Shown here in pieces: positions 19,793-30,577 of a DNA stretch of 64,000 nucleotides. The stretch is taken from contig JAKQPY010000154.1 of assembly GCA_029564465.1 (NCBI GenBank), positions 10,477-74,476 on the forward strand. Reading direction: 5' to 3'. Origin of the DNA: Bacteroidota bacterium (GTDB lineage: Bacteria; Bacteroidota; Bacteroidia; Bacteroidales; ML635J-15). How positions within the stretch are numbered: the first letter of the stretch is position 1; every line of letters starts with the position of its first letter. The notes beneath the pieces are model-generated. The model did no database searches. It saw only the letters and a list, made by a program, of their open reading frames with translations, and was not told the origin of the DNA. Made by a program: the position numbers and the translations under genes.

Positions 19793-20332
19793 ATGAAACG
19801 TTTTGCAATTTTTCTACTTCTGATATGTTCAACTGGCAGTTTATTACTTGCACAGACCGACGTGCTAGAATTCGTTAGTAAAAAACCAACCGATACCGGT
19901 TACGTGGTTTACTTTGATGTGGTTGGTCTGAACAACACGGCTCATGCTGAAAGTTTGCTGGAAATATTTTTAGATGATTCCAATGTTTCAGGAGGCAGAT
20001 TTTTTGTAAGTTCAGCAAATAAAGACCGTTACCAGCTTTATGTAAGTTCCAACGTGACAGCTAACTATATATTAAGCATTTTGCAGTCTCAGGGTTGCGA
20101 TTATGATTACAGTTCCATTATCAGAAACGGTGTTGTTCCAAAAGAAAATCCCGTATCGGCACCTCCTTCAAATATCAAGAGATCAGCGGTCGATTACCCG
20201 GGTTTCCCTGAATTTGTGAATACCGGCAATCCCCAGCAGGATGAAAAAAACTATATGGATGCTAAAAACAAATGGATTAGTGAGCACCCGCAAGAATACC
20301 AACAGCTTTTGAACGAAACTGAAAAAAAATAG
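19793..20332 (+). CDS. Hypothetical secreted protein
   Basis: Signal peptide MKRFAIFLLLICSTGSLLLAQ; no recognisable domain. Confidence 0.6.
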   Translation: MKRFAIFLLLICSTGSLLLAQTDVLEFVSKKPTDTGYVVYFDVVGLNNTAHAESLLEIFLDDSNVSGGRFFVSSANKDRYQLYVSSNVTANYILSILQSQGCDYDYSSIIRNGVVPKENPVSAPPSNIKRSAVDYPGFPEFVNTGNPQQDEKNYMDAKNKWISEHPQEYQQLLNETEKK

Positions 20333-20367
20333 AGAACCGAAAAAGATATTAAAGTAAACCTCAACAT

Positions 20368-23300
20368 ATGAAAAGAGCTATACTATTTCGCATAGCATTA
20401 CTAACATTGATGGGATTAACCTTGGTTAAGCCCTTCAATGCTTATACACAATGTAATCTGGGGGGCTCCACTACCCTGGCCGGGTCGCTGACCATGCAAG
20501 CATTTTACCAAACAATTGCCGTAAATTCTGGTACCCGATACACATTTACAGCCAATGCTACAATAACCTACATATTTTCGTTTTGCGAAGGTGGCGGTAC
20601 AAACACCGCTGATACCCAAATAGAAATTTGCAATTCGGCCGGTACTACAGTATATGCATATAATGACGATTTTTGCGGACTGGGAAGTCACTTGTCGTGG
20701 ACCTGTCCTACAACCGGTACCTATAGCATTGTAATATACCGCTACTCCTGCCAAACCACCAGTTCAGCGGTAGGTACTTTAGCCTACAGAGTTCTTACAC
20801 CGCCCAGTGTGCAAGATTGTCTCGGAGCCATACCACTGTGTTTAAGCACATATTCAACATCGGCATCCTATTCAGGTACGGGACACTATCCTGGAGAGAT
20901 ACCCACTACCGGTGGTTGCCCCGGTAATTGTATGCTAAGTGGAGAGCTTAATGATGTCTGGTACACCTTTACCCCTCAAACCGCGGGTAATGTTTCTTTT
21001 TTAATTACGCCAAATGCAGCAGATGATTATGATTGGGCTGTTTACGATATTACAACACTGGGGTGCGAAGGCATTTACACCAATATTTCTTCGGTTCAGG
21101 TAAGCTGCAACTGGTATGATGGATCCTACTACGGGGTATACCCCACAGGACCCAATGGAGGCTCAGGTATCAACTGCGGGGATGCTGATGACAATCCCTA
21201 TAATGCTGCAATTCCCGTAACAGTGGGTCATACTTATGTCGTCAATGTAAGTAATTATTCATCAACGCAAAATGGTTACAATATTAACTTTGGGGCTTCA
21301 ACAGCCTCAATTATTGACAACACAGGTGCTGTAATGGATCACCTTGTATACGCACCAGTTTGCGGATCATCTCACCTTGTGGTTCAGTTTTCTGAAAGAA
21401 TATGGTGTACTGGAGTTAGTCCTTCCGATTTTATTCTTACCGGACCCAACGGTACTTATTCTATCCTGAATGTTTGGAGCGACCTTTGTCAGGCCGGTTT
21501 GGGCAGCACTTATGGCGACACGTATTATGATGACGTATGGAATCTGGCATTAGGTGATTATCTGCAGCAGGGAGGTACTTATACTTTAACAGCAGTTGGC
21601 GGGGGTGTTTCCGATATTTGTTCAAATTATTCACCCCAAAATAGTTTATCATTTACAATTGCCGGTATCAACGCTTCTGTTGCATCCACTAATCCTACCT
21701 GTAGCTATTCAACCAATGGAACAATTACGCTTTCAGGAATCTCCGGTGGAACTCCACCGTATTCAACCTCATGGATAGGTCCAAGTGGATTTACGTCAAC
21801 ATCAAATTCACTGACCGGGCTTTCACCGGGAACATATAGTGTAACCGTCACCGATACCTACGGAATTTGTCAGTGGTTACGAACTGTAGTACTAACCGCT
21901 CCTCCCGCAGTCGCGGCAAACGTATCTATTACACATCCGGGATGCGGAGTCAGCAATGGAAGCGTATTGGTAACACCAACCAGCGGGGTTTCACCCTGGA
22001 CATTACAACTGGGTGCGGCTACACAATCCGGGGTAACAACCAACTATACTTTTACCAATTTGGCAGGGGGCACTTACACCTTGATTGTGACTGATGCATC
22101 GGGTTGTACATCTAGTCAATCTGTAACGCTGACAGCACCTGCTAATCCCGATGCTACATTTACATATAACGGGAATCAGTGTTTTAGTCCTGCACATTCG
22201 TTTAACTTTACACATACCGGTACTGTAGTACCTGGAGAAACCTATTTATGGACATTTTCCGGTGGAACACCGGCAACCTCAACAGCACATAACCCGACAG
22301 GGGTAACTTTTGGCACATCAGGTTCTCACAATGTAACACTGACTATAACTGCTGGTGGTTGCAGTGATACTGAAACAATCAGTGTAACCGCTTATCCAAA
22401 CCCAACCCCTGTAGTTACTGTTACCAATGCCACTTGTGGCTCCTGTAACGGTGGAGCCAGTATTGCTACTGCATACAGTTCTTATTCATGGTCGACCGGC
22501 GGCACTGGTAACAGCATCAGTGGTCGCTGCCCCGGAGCTTATTCAGTTACAGTAACTGATGCCAATGGATGTACCGGCTCAGCGTCATTTAATATAGCCA
22601 ATTCAGGAAGCAATCCGACTGTTACAGTAGTCACAACTCCACCTTCCTGTGCAGGCGGATGCAATGGCTCTGCTACGGTAAATGCCTCAGGAGCTCCTTC
22701 ATACACCTATAATTATTCAGCCGGATCAACACCCAATAATCAAACAACAGGTGGCTTGTGTGCCGGTTCATATTCTGTTACCGTTGCCGATGGAACAAAT
22801 CCGTCGTGTGCCACAGTCGAAAATTTCACCATTACAAACCCAATTGGGATGTCGCTTACCATGGCTTCGACCGGGGCAACCTGCGGGCTTGCTAATGGTA
22901 GCGCAAGTGTTAGCGTAAGTGGAGGAACACTACCTTACAATTATAACTGGACACCGGGCGGCGGAGTTACCGGAACGATTAACGGAGTTGCTGCGGGGTC
23001 CTATTCTGCTACTGTTACCGATGGTGCAGGTTGTACTGCTACAAATTCGGTAACTGTTCCTGATTTGGGAGTACCATTTACTATAACTCCCAGTGTAATT
23101 TCAAATGCTACATGCAATAATGTTTGTAATGGTTCTGCTACCGTAGCAGTTGCCGGAGGAACAGGCCCCTTCACCTATGCCTGGAGCAGTGGCACAAATC
23201 CTGCCTTACAAACCGTAACAGGTCTCTGCGATGGTGTTGTTAATGTTACCGTTACAGCAGGCGGTTGCTCTGTTATAGGTAATGTTACAATAACTGAACC

Positions 23301-26300
23301 CACAGCGGTTACGGGAACAGTCAGCACTGTCGGAGCACACTGCGGTCTTCCCGATGGTTCAGCATCAGTAGTTGCTGCCGGGGGTACTCCGGGTTATTCC
23401 TATTCATGGAACACATCACCGGCACAATTTACACCAACAGCATCTAATATTATTGCCGGAGCTTATACGGTTGTCATTTCCGACAACAATGGCTGTACCG
23501 GTTCAGCATCGGGAACTGTTGCTGACCTTGGCGGAATATCGGTCAACCTGACAACTTTACCCGCTGCTTGTAACGGAGCTTCTTCAGGGTCTGCCACTGC
23601 ATTGGTTACGGGAGGTAACCCAAATTACACCTATCTTTGGTCGAATGGATTCACCCAGACTATAGCGGGAACCACGAGCACAGCGACAACTTTGCCTGCA
23701 GGTCCAATCAGTGTTACCGTAACAGATAGCAACGGATGTACTGCAACCGGTTCGGTTACTGTAACGCAGCCTACTCCAGTAAGTATTTCGCTGGCCTCTT
23801 CAACGAATGTTACCTGCAATGGTAGTTGCAATGGAATCGCGACCATCAATGTTTCAGGAGGAACAGCACCTTACTCATATATCTGGGGAAGTGGGGTCAA
23901 TCCCAACAATCCGACAAACACCGGCCTTTGTTCAGGTTCTCATAACGTAACCGTTACAGATAACAATGGTTGTACAGCTCAATTCAATTATTCTATAACC
24001 CAACCCACTCCCATTATTCTATCCACATCGACTACTGATGCCAATTGCGGTTTTGCTGATGGTACAGCGACTGTAAATGCCTCAGGAGGTACAGCACCCA
24101 CAGGATATAGCTATCTATGGTCAGGTGGAACAAACCCAACCAGCCAGACTGTTTCAGGTTTAAGTGCTGCGGGTAGTCCTTATAGTGTAACTGTAACTGA
24201 TAATAATGGCTGTTCACAGACCACATCGGTGGTCATTGCTGATATTGCCGGCCCGATGGCCAGTATATCTGCATACAACGACATCACCTGTTCGGGAATG
24301 AACAATGGATCCGCCACTGTTTCGGTTGGAGGAGGACATCCTGGCTATTTATTTACATGGAATACAACACCGGCACAACATAACGTAACTGCCAGCAACT
24401 TGGGTCCCGGTTATTACGAAGTGACCATTACCGATCAAATCGGATGTACAACTACCGCAGGTATAACCATTGTTGAACCGGCTACAATGACTTTGAATAT
24501 CATTACCACAGCCATTGATTGCTATGGTAATTGTAGTGGCGAAGCCATGGCAATTGTAACCGGAGGTGTTACCCCTTACAATCCTATCTGGAGTAACCTG
24601 AACACAACCATGCATGCCACCGGATTATGTGCCGGAACCTACACGGTTAGCATCACCGACCAAAACGGTTGTTCTGTTACCGGTGGTACAACAATTATTC
24701 AAAGTAACCCTATTGTTGTAAACGAGGTTGTTACAAATTCGAATTGTAATCAGACAAACGGCTCCATTAACTTAACAATATCAGGTGGTTCCCCGCCTTT
24801 CAGTTACAGCTGGAACAATGGACAACTTACCGAGGACCTGTTAAATATAGGTGCAGGCGGATATGTTGTTACAATTACTGATAATAAAGGTTGTCAGGCA
24901 ATCAGAGCCTATGCTGTAAGCAATATTTCGGGTCCTGTTGCGACAATATCCGCTTCATCAAATGTCACTTGCTCAGGAAACTGCAATGGAACAGCATCAG
25001 TTTCAGTGTCCGGTGGCTCCGGATTCTTCCAGTACCAATGGTCAAGCACGCCTGTTCAAACATCTGCTACTGCCACCAATTTATGTGTGGGATTATACGG
25101 AGTTACTGTTACCGATATTACCACGGGGTGTTCTGCAGTTGCTGGGACAACCATTACAGAGCCAATGCCGATGGATGTTTTGAGTACCGTTACTCCGGCA
25201 ACCTGCTACAACACCTGTACAGGGAGTATTCAACTGACTCCATACGATGGCACCGCACCGTATACATTTAACTGGACGGGCCCTGGTGTGATACCTGCAA
25301 ACGAGGATATTTTCAATCTGTGTCCCGGCAATTACACGGTAATTATTACCGATGCAAACGGTTGTATGATTACACGTTCGTTTACCGTAAATAATCCAAC
25401 TTTCGTAACAATACCTACATCTTCCACTCCGGTTGCCTGCAATGGAGTTTGCAATGGTACAGCTACTGCAAATCCCTTCGGTGGGACACCTCCTTATTCC
25501 TACCTTTGGAGTAATCTCGGACAAACCTCACAAACTGCTGTTGGATTATGTGCAGGAAATTACAATGTCACTGTAACCGACGATAATGGTTGTTCTGCAA
25601 GCACTTCGGTAACTGTAGCAACGCCTCCTCAGCTTCAATTTGTAAATATCGCGGTAGGTAATGCAAATTGCAGTGGTTCGGCAAATGGAAGTGTACAGGT
25701 TACCGCAACCGGAGGAGTTCCTCCATATACATACACTTGGAGCAATGGATCAACGTCTTCCAACCCGACAGGCCTGACACCCGGAATGCATTGCGTTACC
25801 GTAGCTGATGTAAATGGTTGTTATATCGACTCTTGTATCACAATCACACAGCCGGTTATGGTTCAGATTAATATGCTGGCCAACAACGAAACCTGCAGTG
25901 GATCCTGCGATGGTTCTATCACACCCTCGATAACGGGAGGAACTACACCATATACTTATCTATGGTCAAATCTTCAGGTTACTCCAACAATTAACAACCT
26001 CTGTCCCGGTACATATTTACTAACCGTTACTGATGCCAATGGATGTCAATATTACTCATCAGCCTCCATTACTGGGCCTTCAGCTTTATCAGTAGTAGCT
26101 CAAAGCACAGTTTCACCGCATTGCAACAACAACGACGGATCAATTCAGGTGGGTGTAATTGGTGGTACTCCGGCATATACCTATCAATGGTCAGCCCCGG
26201 GAGGGTCAACAAACACGCTGAACAATATTCCATCAGGATCATATACCGTTACTATCACCGATTCACATAACTGCACAGCCATGCTTACTGTGCCGCTTAA

Positions 26301-28716
26301 CGATGTTGCCGGTCCTCAAATCACAGGATTCGATGTGGACAATATTGATTGTAACGGAAATACAACCGGTTCGGCTGAAGTATTGTTTACAAGCTCTACA
26401 ATAAACAATACGGTGCTTTGGAGTGATGGGCAACCCAGTGCTCTAGCAATCAATCTTACCGTAGGAAATTACACTGTAACTGTTACGGACGAAAATGGAT
26501 GTCAGGCAGTAGGTTCAATAGCGATAACCCAACCCCAGCCACTGGCCATGAGCATTGCAGCCTTTACCAATGCGACCTGCTTTGGCATTTGTAACGGGAC
26601 AGCTACTGCTGTTTCAACAGGTGGAACACTACCAATCAATTACTATTGGTCAGGCGGTCAAAATACTGCTTATGTGAACGGTCTCTGCGCCGGGAATTAT
26701 ACTGTAACAGTAATTGACGCCAATGGCTGCACAGTAACATCTTCGGTAACAATTACCGAACCGCCTGCAATCACAGCCACTGCAACTATAACACCAACCA
26801 CATGCTTTGGCAGTACCGATGGCGTAATTTCGGTACAGGCTCAGGGTGGTAACAGCAACTATGTATTCAATTGGCCACAAATTGGTCAGAGCGGACCATT
26901 AGTTCAGGGTTTAACTGCCGGTTCGTACACCGTAATTATCTCAGATCAGGCTGATGCATCGTGTTTTATTACTCAAACCTATACAGTGCCTCAGCCCAAT
27001 CCGGTGCAAGCCATCATCGAAACAGTAAATGCGACCTGTGGACAACCCAACGGCTCAGCATATATTGTTGCTGAGTTTGGAGGGACAGGTGCATTCTCGT
27101 ATTTCTGGAATCCCGGTGGCTATGTTACTGATTCAATCTACGGCTTGCAGCCCGGGACTTATAATGTAGTTATCACTGATATCAACGGCTGTACTGCAAC
27201 CTACAATGTCGGTGTTGGCGTCACACAACCTCCGCACATCGATAATGTAAATTATGGAGGAACTTCATGTTATGGATACGAAGATGGCTGGGCTGAAGTG
27301 TTCGTTTCGGGAGGAAGTGCACCCTATTCTTACCAATGGAGCCCCAACGTGGGTAACACCTGGTCAAACTATAGCCTCGCTGCCGGAATATATTCGGTTA
27401 CTGTTGAAGACGTTGATGGATGCCGATTGTACGCAAATATCCCAATTTCGACACCAGAGGCGGTTGAAATTTATACAGCCGGTGACCAGCTGATTTGCAT
27501 CGGAGATTCTGCAATCGTTTCAGCCACGGCTGGCGGTGGAACACCACCCTATTCATTCACTTGGCAAAATATCGGAACCGGAAGTTCTTTCTTTGTTCAT
27601 CCGATTATTACTACCGATTACTTTGCTTTTGCAACCGATGCCAATGGATGTGTATCAGAAAATGGGGTGGTACGAATTGAAGTAAATCCACCATTAAGCA
27701 TTGTGGCCATTACACCTTCAACCGTTTGTCAGGGAGATGTAGTATCAATTATTGCTAATGCAAGCGGTGGAGATGGAAACTATGTATACCACTGGAGCAC
27801 AGGATTAATCAGTACGGATAATACCTTACAATTCAGTGCTATAACTTCAACCACGCTAAGTGTATTTGTAACAGATGGTTGTAATTCTCCGGCTGATACT
27901 GCGGTTGTTGTTATCAACATAGCTCCGGAACCTGAAATTTCGTTGACAAAAACACCGTACAAAGGCTGTGCTCCGCTTACCGTTGTTTTCGACAATACAA
28001 CTGACATACTTACCTACACATATGATTGGGACTTTGGTGATCCAACATCGGGTGCCAATAACTGGTCTGACTTGAAACAGCCCAGTCATTTTTATGAAAC
28101 GCCGGGTACCTATACCATAACCTGTGAAGTAACTACAAACCTTGGCTGCTCACGAACAGGAGAAGTGATTATACTCGTACACGACTCCCCGATTGCTGAT
28201 TTTGTGGCACATCCTTGGAGTACCGGTATGTTTGATGCCAATATTACATTTACCGATGCAACCGATAGTGCCATAGCATGGCAATGGGACTTTGGTGATG
28301 GGTATACTTCAGGTGAACAAAACCCGCAGCATACATATTTCACATACGGGTTATTCCCTGTGCAACTGGTAGCATTCAGTCAGGAAGGTTGCTCCGATAC
28401 CGTGGTTAAAAATGTGGAAATTATTGAAAGCCTGTTGTTTTACGTTCCGAATGCCATAAACATCAGAACTCCGGGCAACGATGAATTCTATCCCAAAGGT
28501 TCCGGTGTTGACCTCTTATCGTATGAGATGACAATCTTTAACCGTTGGGGAGAAGAAATATTCCACACCAACGATTTCTACGCACGTTGGCAGGGTCGGT
28601 ATAACCAGAACAAGGGAGATTATGTGCCACAAGGTGTATATGCCTGGATAATTACCCTGAAAGATAAATGGGGAAAAGACCATACTTTTTCAGGAAATGT
28701 AACGGTGTTTAAATAA
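20368..28716 (+). CDS. Giant (2782 aa) SprB-repeat cell-surface adhesin with PKD domains and a type B T9SS C-terminal domain
   Basis: Signal peptide, then ~25 repeats of ~75-80 aa with C..C(N)G.A....GG..PY.Y.W...... and GxYxVTVTDxNGC. PKD-like segments occur near both ends of the repeat array. C-terminus FYVPNAINIRTPGNDEFYP...IFNRWGEEIF...GVYAWII matches the type B CTD pattern. Confidence 0.95.
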   Translation: MKRAILFRIALLTLMGLTLVKPFNAYTQCNLGGSTTLAGSLTMQAFYQTIAVNSGTRYTFTANATITYIFSFCEGGGTNTADTQIEICNSAGTTVYAYNDDFCGLGSHLSWTCPTTGTYSIVIYRYSCQTTSSAVGTLAYRVLTPPSVQDCLGAIPLCLSTYSTSASYSGTGHYPGEIPTTGGCPGNCMLSGELNDVWYTFTPQTAGNVSFLITPNAADDYDWAVYDITTLGCEGIYTNISSVQVSCNWYDGSYYGVYPTGPNGGSGINCGDADDNPYNAAIPVTVGHTYVVNVSNYSSTQNGYNINFGASTASIIDNTGAVMDHLVYAPVCGSSHLVVQFSERIWCTGVSPSDFILTGPNGTYSILNVWSDLCQAGLGSTYGDTYYDDVWNLALGDYLQQGGTYTLTAVGGGVSDICSNYSPQNSLSFTIAGINASVASTNPTCSYSTNGTITLSGISGGTPPYSTSWIGPSGFTSTSNSLTGLSPGTYSVTVTDTYGICQWLRTVVLTAPPAVAANVSITHPGCGVSNGSVLVTPTSGVSPWTLQLGAATQSGVTTNYTFTNLAGGTYTLIVTDASGCTSSQSVTLTAPANPDATFTYNGNQCFSPAHSFNFTHTGTVVPGETYLWTFSGGTPATSTAHNPTGVTFGTSGSHNVTLTITAGGCSDTETISVTAYPNPTPVVTVTNATCGSCNGGASIATAYSSYSWSTGGTGNSISGRCPGAYSVTVTDANGCTGSASFNIANSGSNPTVTVVTTPPSCAGGCNGSATVNASGAPSYTYNYSAGSTPNNQTTGGLCAGSYSVTVADGTNPSCATVENFTITNPIGMSLTMASTGATCGLANGSASVSVSGGTLPYNYNWTPGGGVTGTINGVAAGSYSATVTDGAGCTATNSVTVPDLGVPFTITPSVISNATCNNVCNGSATVAVAGGTGPFTYAWSSGTNPALQTVTGLCDGVVNVTVTAGGCSVIGNVTITEPTAVTGTVSTVGAHCGLPDGSASVVAAGGTPGYSYSWNTSPAQFTPTASNIIAGAYTVVISDNNGCTGSASGTVADLGGISVNLTTLPAACNGASSGSATALVTGGNPNYTYLWSNGFTQTIAGTTSTATTLPAGPISVTVTDSNGCTATGSVTVTQPTPVSISLASSTNVTCNGSCNGIATINVSGGTAPYSYIWGSGVNPNNPTNTGLCSGSHNVTVTDNNGCTAQFNYSITQPTPIILSTSTTDANCGFADGTATVNASGGTAPTGYSYLWSGGTNPTSQTVSGLSAAGSPYSVTVTDNNGCSQTTSVVIADIAGPMASISAYNDITCSGMNNGSATVSVGGGHPGYLFTWNTTPAQHNVTASNLGPGYYEVTITDQIGCTTTAGITIVEPATMTLNIITTAIDCYGNCSGEAMAIVTGGVTPYNPIWSNLNTTMHATGLCAGTYTVSITDQNGCSVTGGTTIIQSNPIVVNEVVTNSNCNQTNGSINLTISGGSPPFSYSWNNGQLTEDLLNIGAGGYVVTITDNKGCQAIRAYAVSNISGPVATISASSNVTCSGNCNGTASVSVSGGSGFFQYQWSSTPVQTSATATNLCVGLYGVTVTDITTGCSAVAGTTITEPMPMDVLSTVTPATCYNTCTGSIQLTPYDGTAPYTFNWTGPGVIPANEDIFNLCPGNYTVIITDANGCMITRSFTVNNPTFVTIPTSSTPVACNGVCNGTATANPFGGTPPYSYLWSNLGQTSQTAVGLCAGNYNVTVTDDNGCSASTSVTVATPPQLQFVNIAVGNANCSGSANGSVQVTATGGVPPYTYTWSNGSTSSNPTGLTPGMHCVTVADVNGCYIDSCITITQPVMVQINMLANNETCSGSCDGSITPSITGGTTPYTYLWSNLQVTPTINNLCPGTYLLTVTDANGCQYYSSASITGPSALSVVAQSTVSPHCNNNDGSIQVGVIGGTPAYTYQWSAPGGSTNTLNNIPSGSYTVTITDSHNCTAMLTVPLNDVAGPQITGFDVDNIDCNGNTTGSAEVLFTSSTINNTVLWSDGQPSALAINLTVGNYTVTVTDENGCQAVGSIAITQPQPLAMSIAAFTNATCFGICNGTATAVSTGGTLPINYYWSGGQNTAYVNGLCAGNYTVTVIDANGCTVTSSVTITEPPAITATATITPTTCFGSTDGVISVQAQGGNSNYVFNWPQIGQSGPLVQGLTAGSYTVIISDQADASCFITQTYTVPQPNPVQAIIETVNATCGQPNGSAYIVAEFGGTGAFSYFWNPGGYVTDSIYGLQPGTYNVVITDINGCTATYNVGVGVTQPPHIDNVNYGGTSCYGYEDGWAEVFVSGGSAPYSYQWSPNVGNTWSNYSLAAGIYSVTVEDVDGCRLYANIPISTPEAVEIYTAGDQLICIGDSAIVSATAGGGTPPYSFTWQNIGTGSSFFVHPIITTDYFAFATDANGCVSENGVVRIEVNPPLSIVAITPSTVCQGDVVSIIANASGGDGNYVYHWSTGLISTDNTLQFSAITSTTLSVFVTDGCNSPADTAVVVINIAPEPEISLTKTPYKGCAPLTVVFDNTTDILTYTYDWDFGDPTSGANNWSDLKQPSHFYETPGTYTITCEVTTNLGCSRTGEVIILVHDSPIADFVAHPWSTGMFDANITFTDATDSAIAWQWDFGDGYTSGEQNPQHTYFTYGLFPVQLVAFSQEGCSDTVVKNVEIIESLLFYVPNAINIRTPGNDEFYPKGSGVDLLSYEMTIFNRWGEEIFHTNDFYARWQGRYNQNKGDYVPQGVYAWIITLKDKWGKDHTFSGNVTVFK
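21661..27900 (+). repeat. Protein-coding array of diverged SprB-type repeats inside the giant adhesin gene
   Basis: Periodic recurrence of GGT.PY.Y.WS and VTVTD.NGC motifs about every 225-240 nt. The copies are diverged at the DNA level. Confidence 0.85.
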
Positions 28717-28734
28717 TTTTCAAAAAACTTATTG

Positions 28735-28763
28735 AAAAAGCGGATGATTATCCGCTTTTTTTT
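28735..28763 (+). terminator. Rho-independent terminator of the adhesin gene
   Basis: aaaaAGCGGATgattATCCGCTtttttttt, 19 nt after the stop. Confidence 0.8.
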
Positions 28764-28867
28764 ATTGTGCATTTTTATTATTTTAGCATTTGATAAAAGA
28801 ATGACCAGTGAGTAATAAATGAGCATAAAACTAGCGTGAAATAAACGTAATATTAAATAATATCATT

Positions 28868-29446
28868 ATGGAAAAAAGTATCAAAGGAACTAAAACAGAA
28901 CAAAACCTGCTAAAAGCATTTGCAGGTGAATCGCAGGCACGCGCAAGGTATATGATGTTCGCCTCAAAGGCTAAAGAAGAAGGCTACGAACAAATCTCAG
29001 GAATTTTTACCGAAACGGCAGATCAGGAGTATCAGCATGCCAAACGTTTCTTCAGTTTCCTCGAAGGAGGAATGCTTGAAATTACTGCCATGTATCCGGC
29101 AGGCAAAGTGGGAACCACCTACGAAAACCTTCAGGAAGCAGCGCATGGCGAAAACGAAGAATGGACAGAACTGTACCCCGAATTTGCTAAAATAGCCGAA
29201 GAAGAAGGGTTTACTCAAGTTTCTTCCGTTTTCAAAATTATTGCTAAGGCCGAAGTAACCCACGAAAAACGCTATCGTAAGCTTATTGCGAATATCGAAG
29301 CCAATTCGGTATTCGAAAAATCAGAAAAAGTTACATGGTATTGCCGCAAATGTGGTTATGTTCACGAAGGAACCAAACCGCCAAAAAACTGTCCGGCATG
29401 TCTGCATCCTCAGGCTTACTTTGAGCTTCAGGCCGAAAATTACTAA
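28868..29446 (+). CDS. rbr: Rubrerythrin
   Basis: EQNLLKAFAGESQARARY ferritin-like di-iron domain plus a C-terminal rubredoxin-like CRKCGY...CPAC. Confidence 0.95.
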   Translation: MEKSIKGTKTEQNLLKAFAGESQARARYMMFASKAKEEGYEQISGIFTETADQEYQHAKRFFSFLEGGMLEITAMYPAGKVGTTYENLQEAAHGENEEWTELYPEFAKIAEEEGFTQVSSVFKIIAKAEVTHEKRYRKLIANIEANSVFEKSEKVTWYCRKCGYVHEGTKPPKNCPACLHPQAYFELQAENY

Positions 29447-29466
29447 GATTAAAATTTGAATAACAG

Positions 29467-29491
29467 AAAGACGCGAACAGCGTCTTTTTTT
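29467..29491. terminator. Bidirectional hairpin terminator shared by the convergent rbr and murB genes
   Basis: AAGACGCgaacaGCGTCTTttttt; the T-run overlaps the murB stop codon. Confidence 0.7.
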
Positions 29492-30506
29492 ATGGTAAAA
29501 TATTTACCTCATACTCGAGTTCTACACCAAATTTATCCTTTACTTTTTGCCTTACCTCATCAGCTAAAGAAATAATTTCTTTTCCTTCGGCACCACCCAG
29601 GTTAATCAGAACCAGAGCCTGGTTTTTGTGAACCCCCGCCCTGCCCTTCTGGAAACCCTTAAACCCACATTGATCAATGAGCCAACCGGCAGCCAGTTTT
29701 ACAAAATGAGTGGTGTAATCAAAATATCGGACTTCAGGAAACTTACAAAGAATATCTTCTAATTCTGTTTTTAAAACCACCGGGTTTTTAAAGAAACTGC
29801 CTGCATTTCCGATGAGTTTATAATCAGGTAATTTGGAATCACGTATCTTGCAAACCGCTTCTCGCACCTCGCTGAGTTCAGGATTGCAATTATTTCCAAA
29901 ATAATTTACCAGATCGGCATAATTCAAATTCAGGTTTTTAATTTTCGACAAGCTGAAAATGACCGAAGTAATTACAACTTTACTCTTCAGTTCGTTTTTA
30001 AAAATACTGTCGCGATAGCCAAACCGACATTCGTAGTTGAGATACGAAACAGGTTTACCTGTTGCAATCTCAATGCCTTTTACCAGTTTAATAACATTCC
30101 TGACCTCATCACCATAAGCTCCAATATTCTGGACAGGAACCGCCCCTACAGAACCCGGTATTGCTGACAGGTTTTCGATACCGTATAGCCTTTTTTCAAC
30201 TGCCCAGTTTACAAAATCATCCCAGACCTCACCAGCAGCCACCTCGACCACAGTGCATACTTCGGTTTCGTCGAGAACACGAATTCCTTTATTGACAGGA
30301 TGAATTATTAGGCCTTCAAAATTCCCGGCAAAAAGCACATTACTGCCGCCTCCCAGCACGAAAACGTTCTCCTGTGACAGACCAGAACCTATAAATTCCG
30401 CCAAATCATCCTCATCTATAAAACTAAAGAACTTCGCTGCTTTTGCATCAACACCAAAGGTGTTGAACTCTTTTAGAGATACATTTTCGGCTATTTCGAA
30501 CGACAT
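29490..30506 (-). CDS. murB: UDP-N-acetylenolpyruvoylglucosamine reductase
   Basis: 338 aa. FAD-binding segment VLGGGSNVLF and the typical MurB C-terminal part (GNAGSFFKNP, AGWLIDQCGFKG). Confidence 0.9.
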   Translation of the reverse strand: MSFEIAENVSLKEFNTFGVDAKAAKFFSFIDEDDLAEFIGSGLSQENVFVLGGGSNVLFAGNFEGLIIHPVNKGIRVLDETEVCTVVEVAAGEVWDDFVNWAVEKRLYGIENLSAIPGSVGAVPVQNIGAYGDEVRNVIKLVKGIEIATGKPVSYLNYECRFGYRDSIFKNELKSKVVITSVIFSLSKIKNLNLNYADLVNYFGNNCNPELSEVREAVCKIRDSKLPDYKLIGNAGSFFKNPVVLKTELEDILCKFPEVRYFDYTTHFVKLAAGWLIDQCGFKGFQKGRAGVHKNQALVLINLGGAEGKEIISLADEVRQKVKDKFGVELEYEVNILP

Positions 30507-30577
30507 TGCAAAAATTTACTTAATTTTACTATTCTTCGGTTCAAAAGTATAATTTTAAAATCGAAAAAACAGCAATA

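Noticed and set aside
21661-27900. DNA-level tandem satellite or assembly artefact in the giant adhesin gene.
   Set aside because: The repeats are conserved mainly at protein-motif level and the nucleotide copies are clearly diverged. A single frame stays open for 8.3 kb, which argues for a genuine repeat protein.
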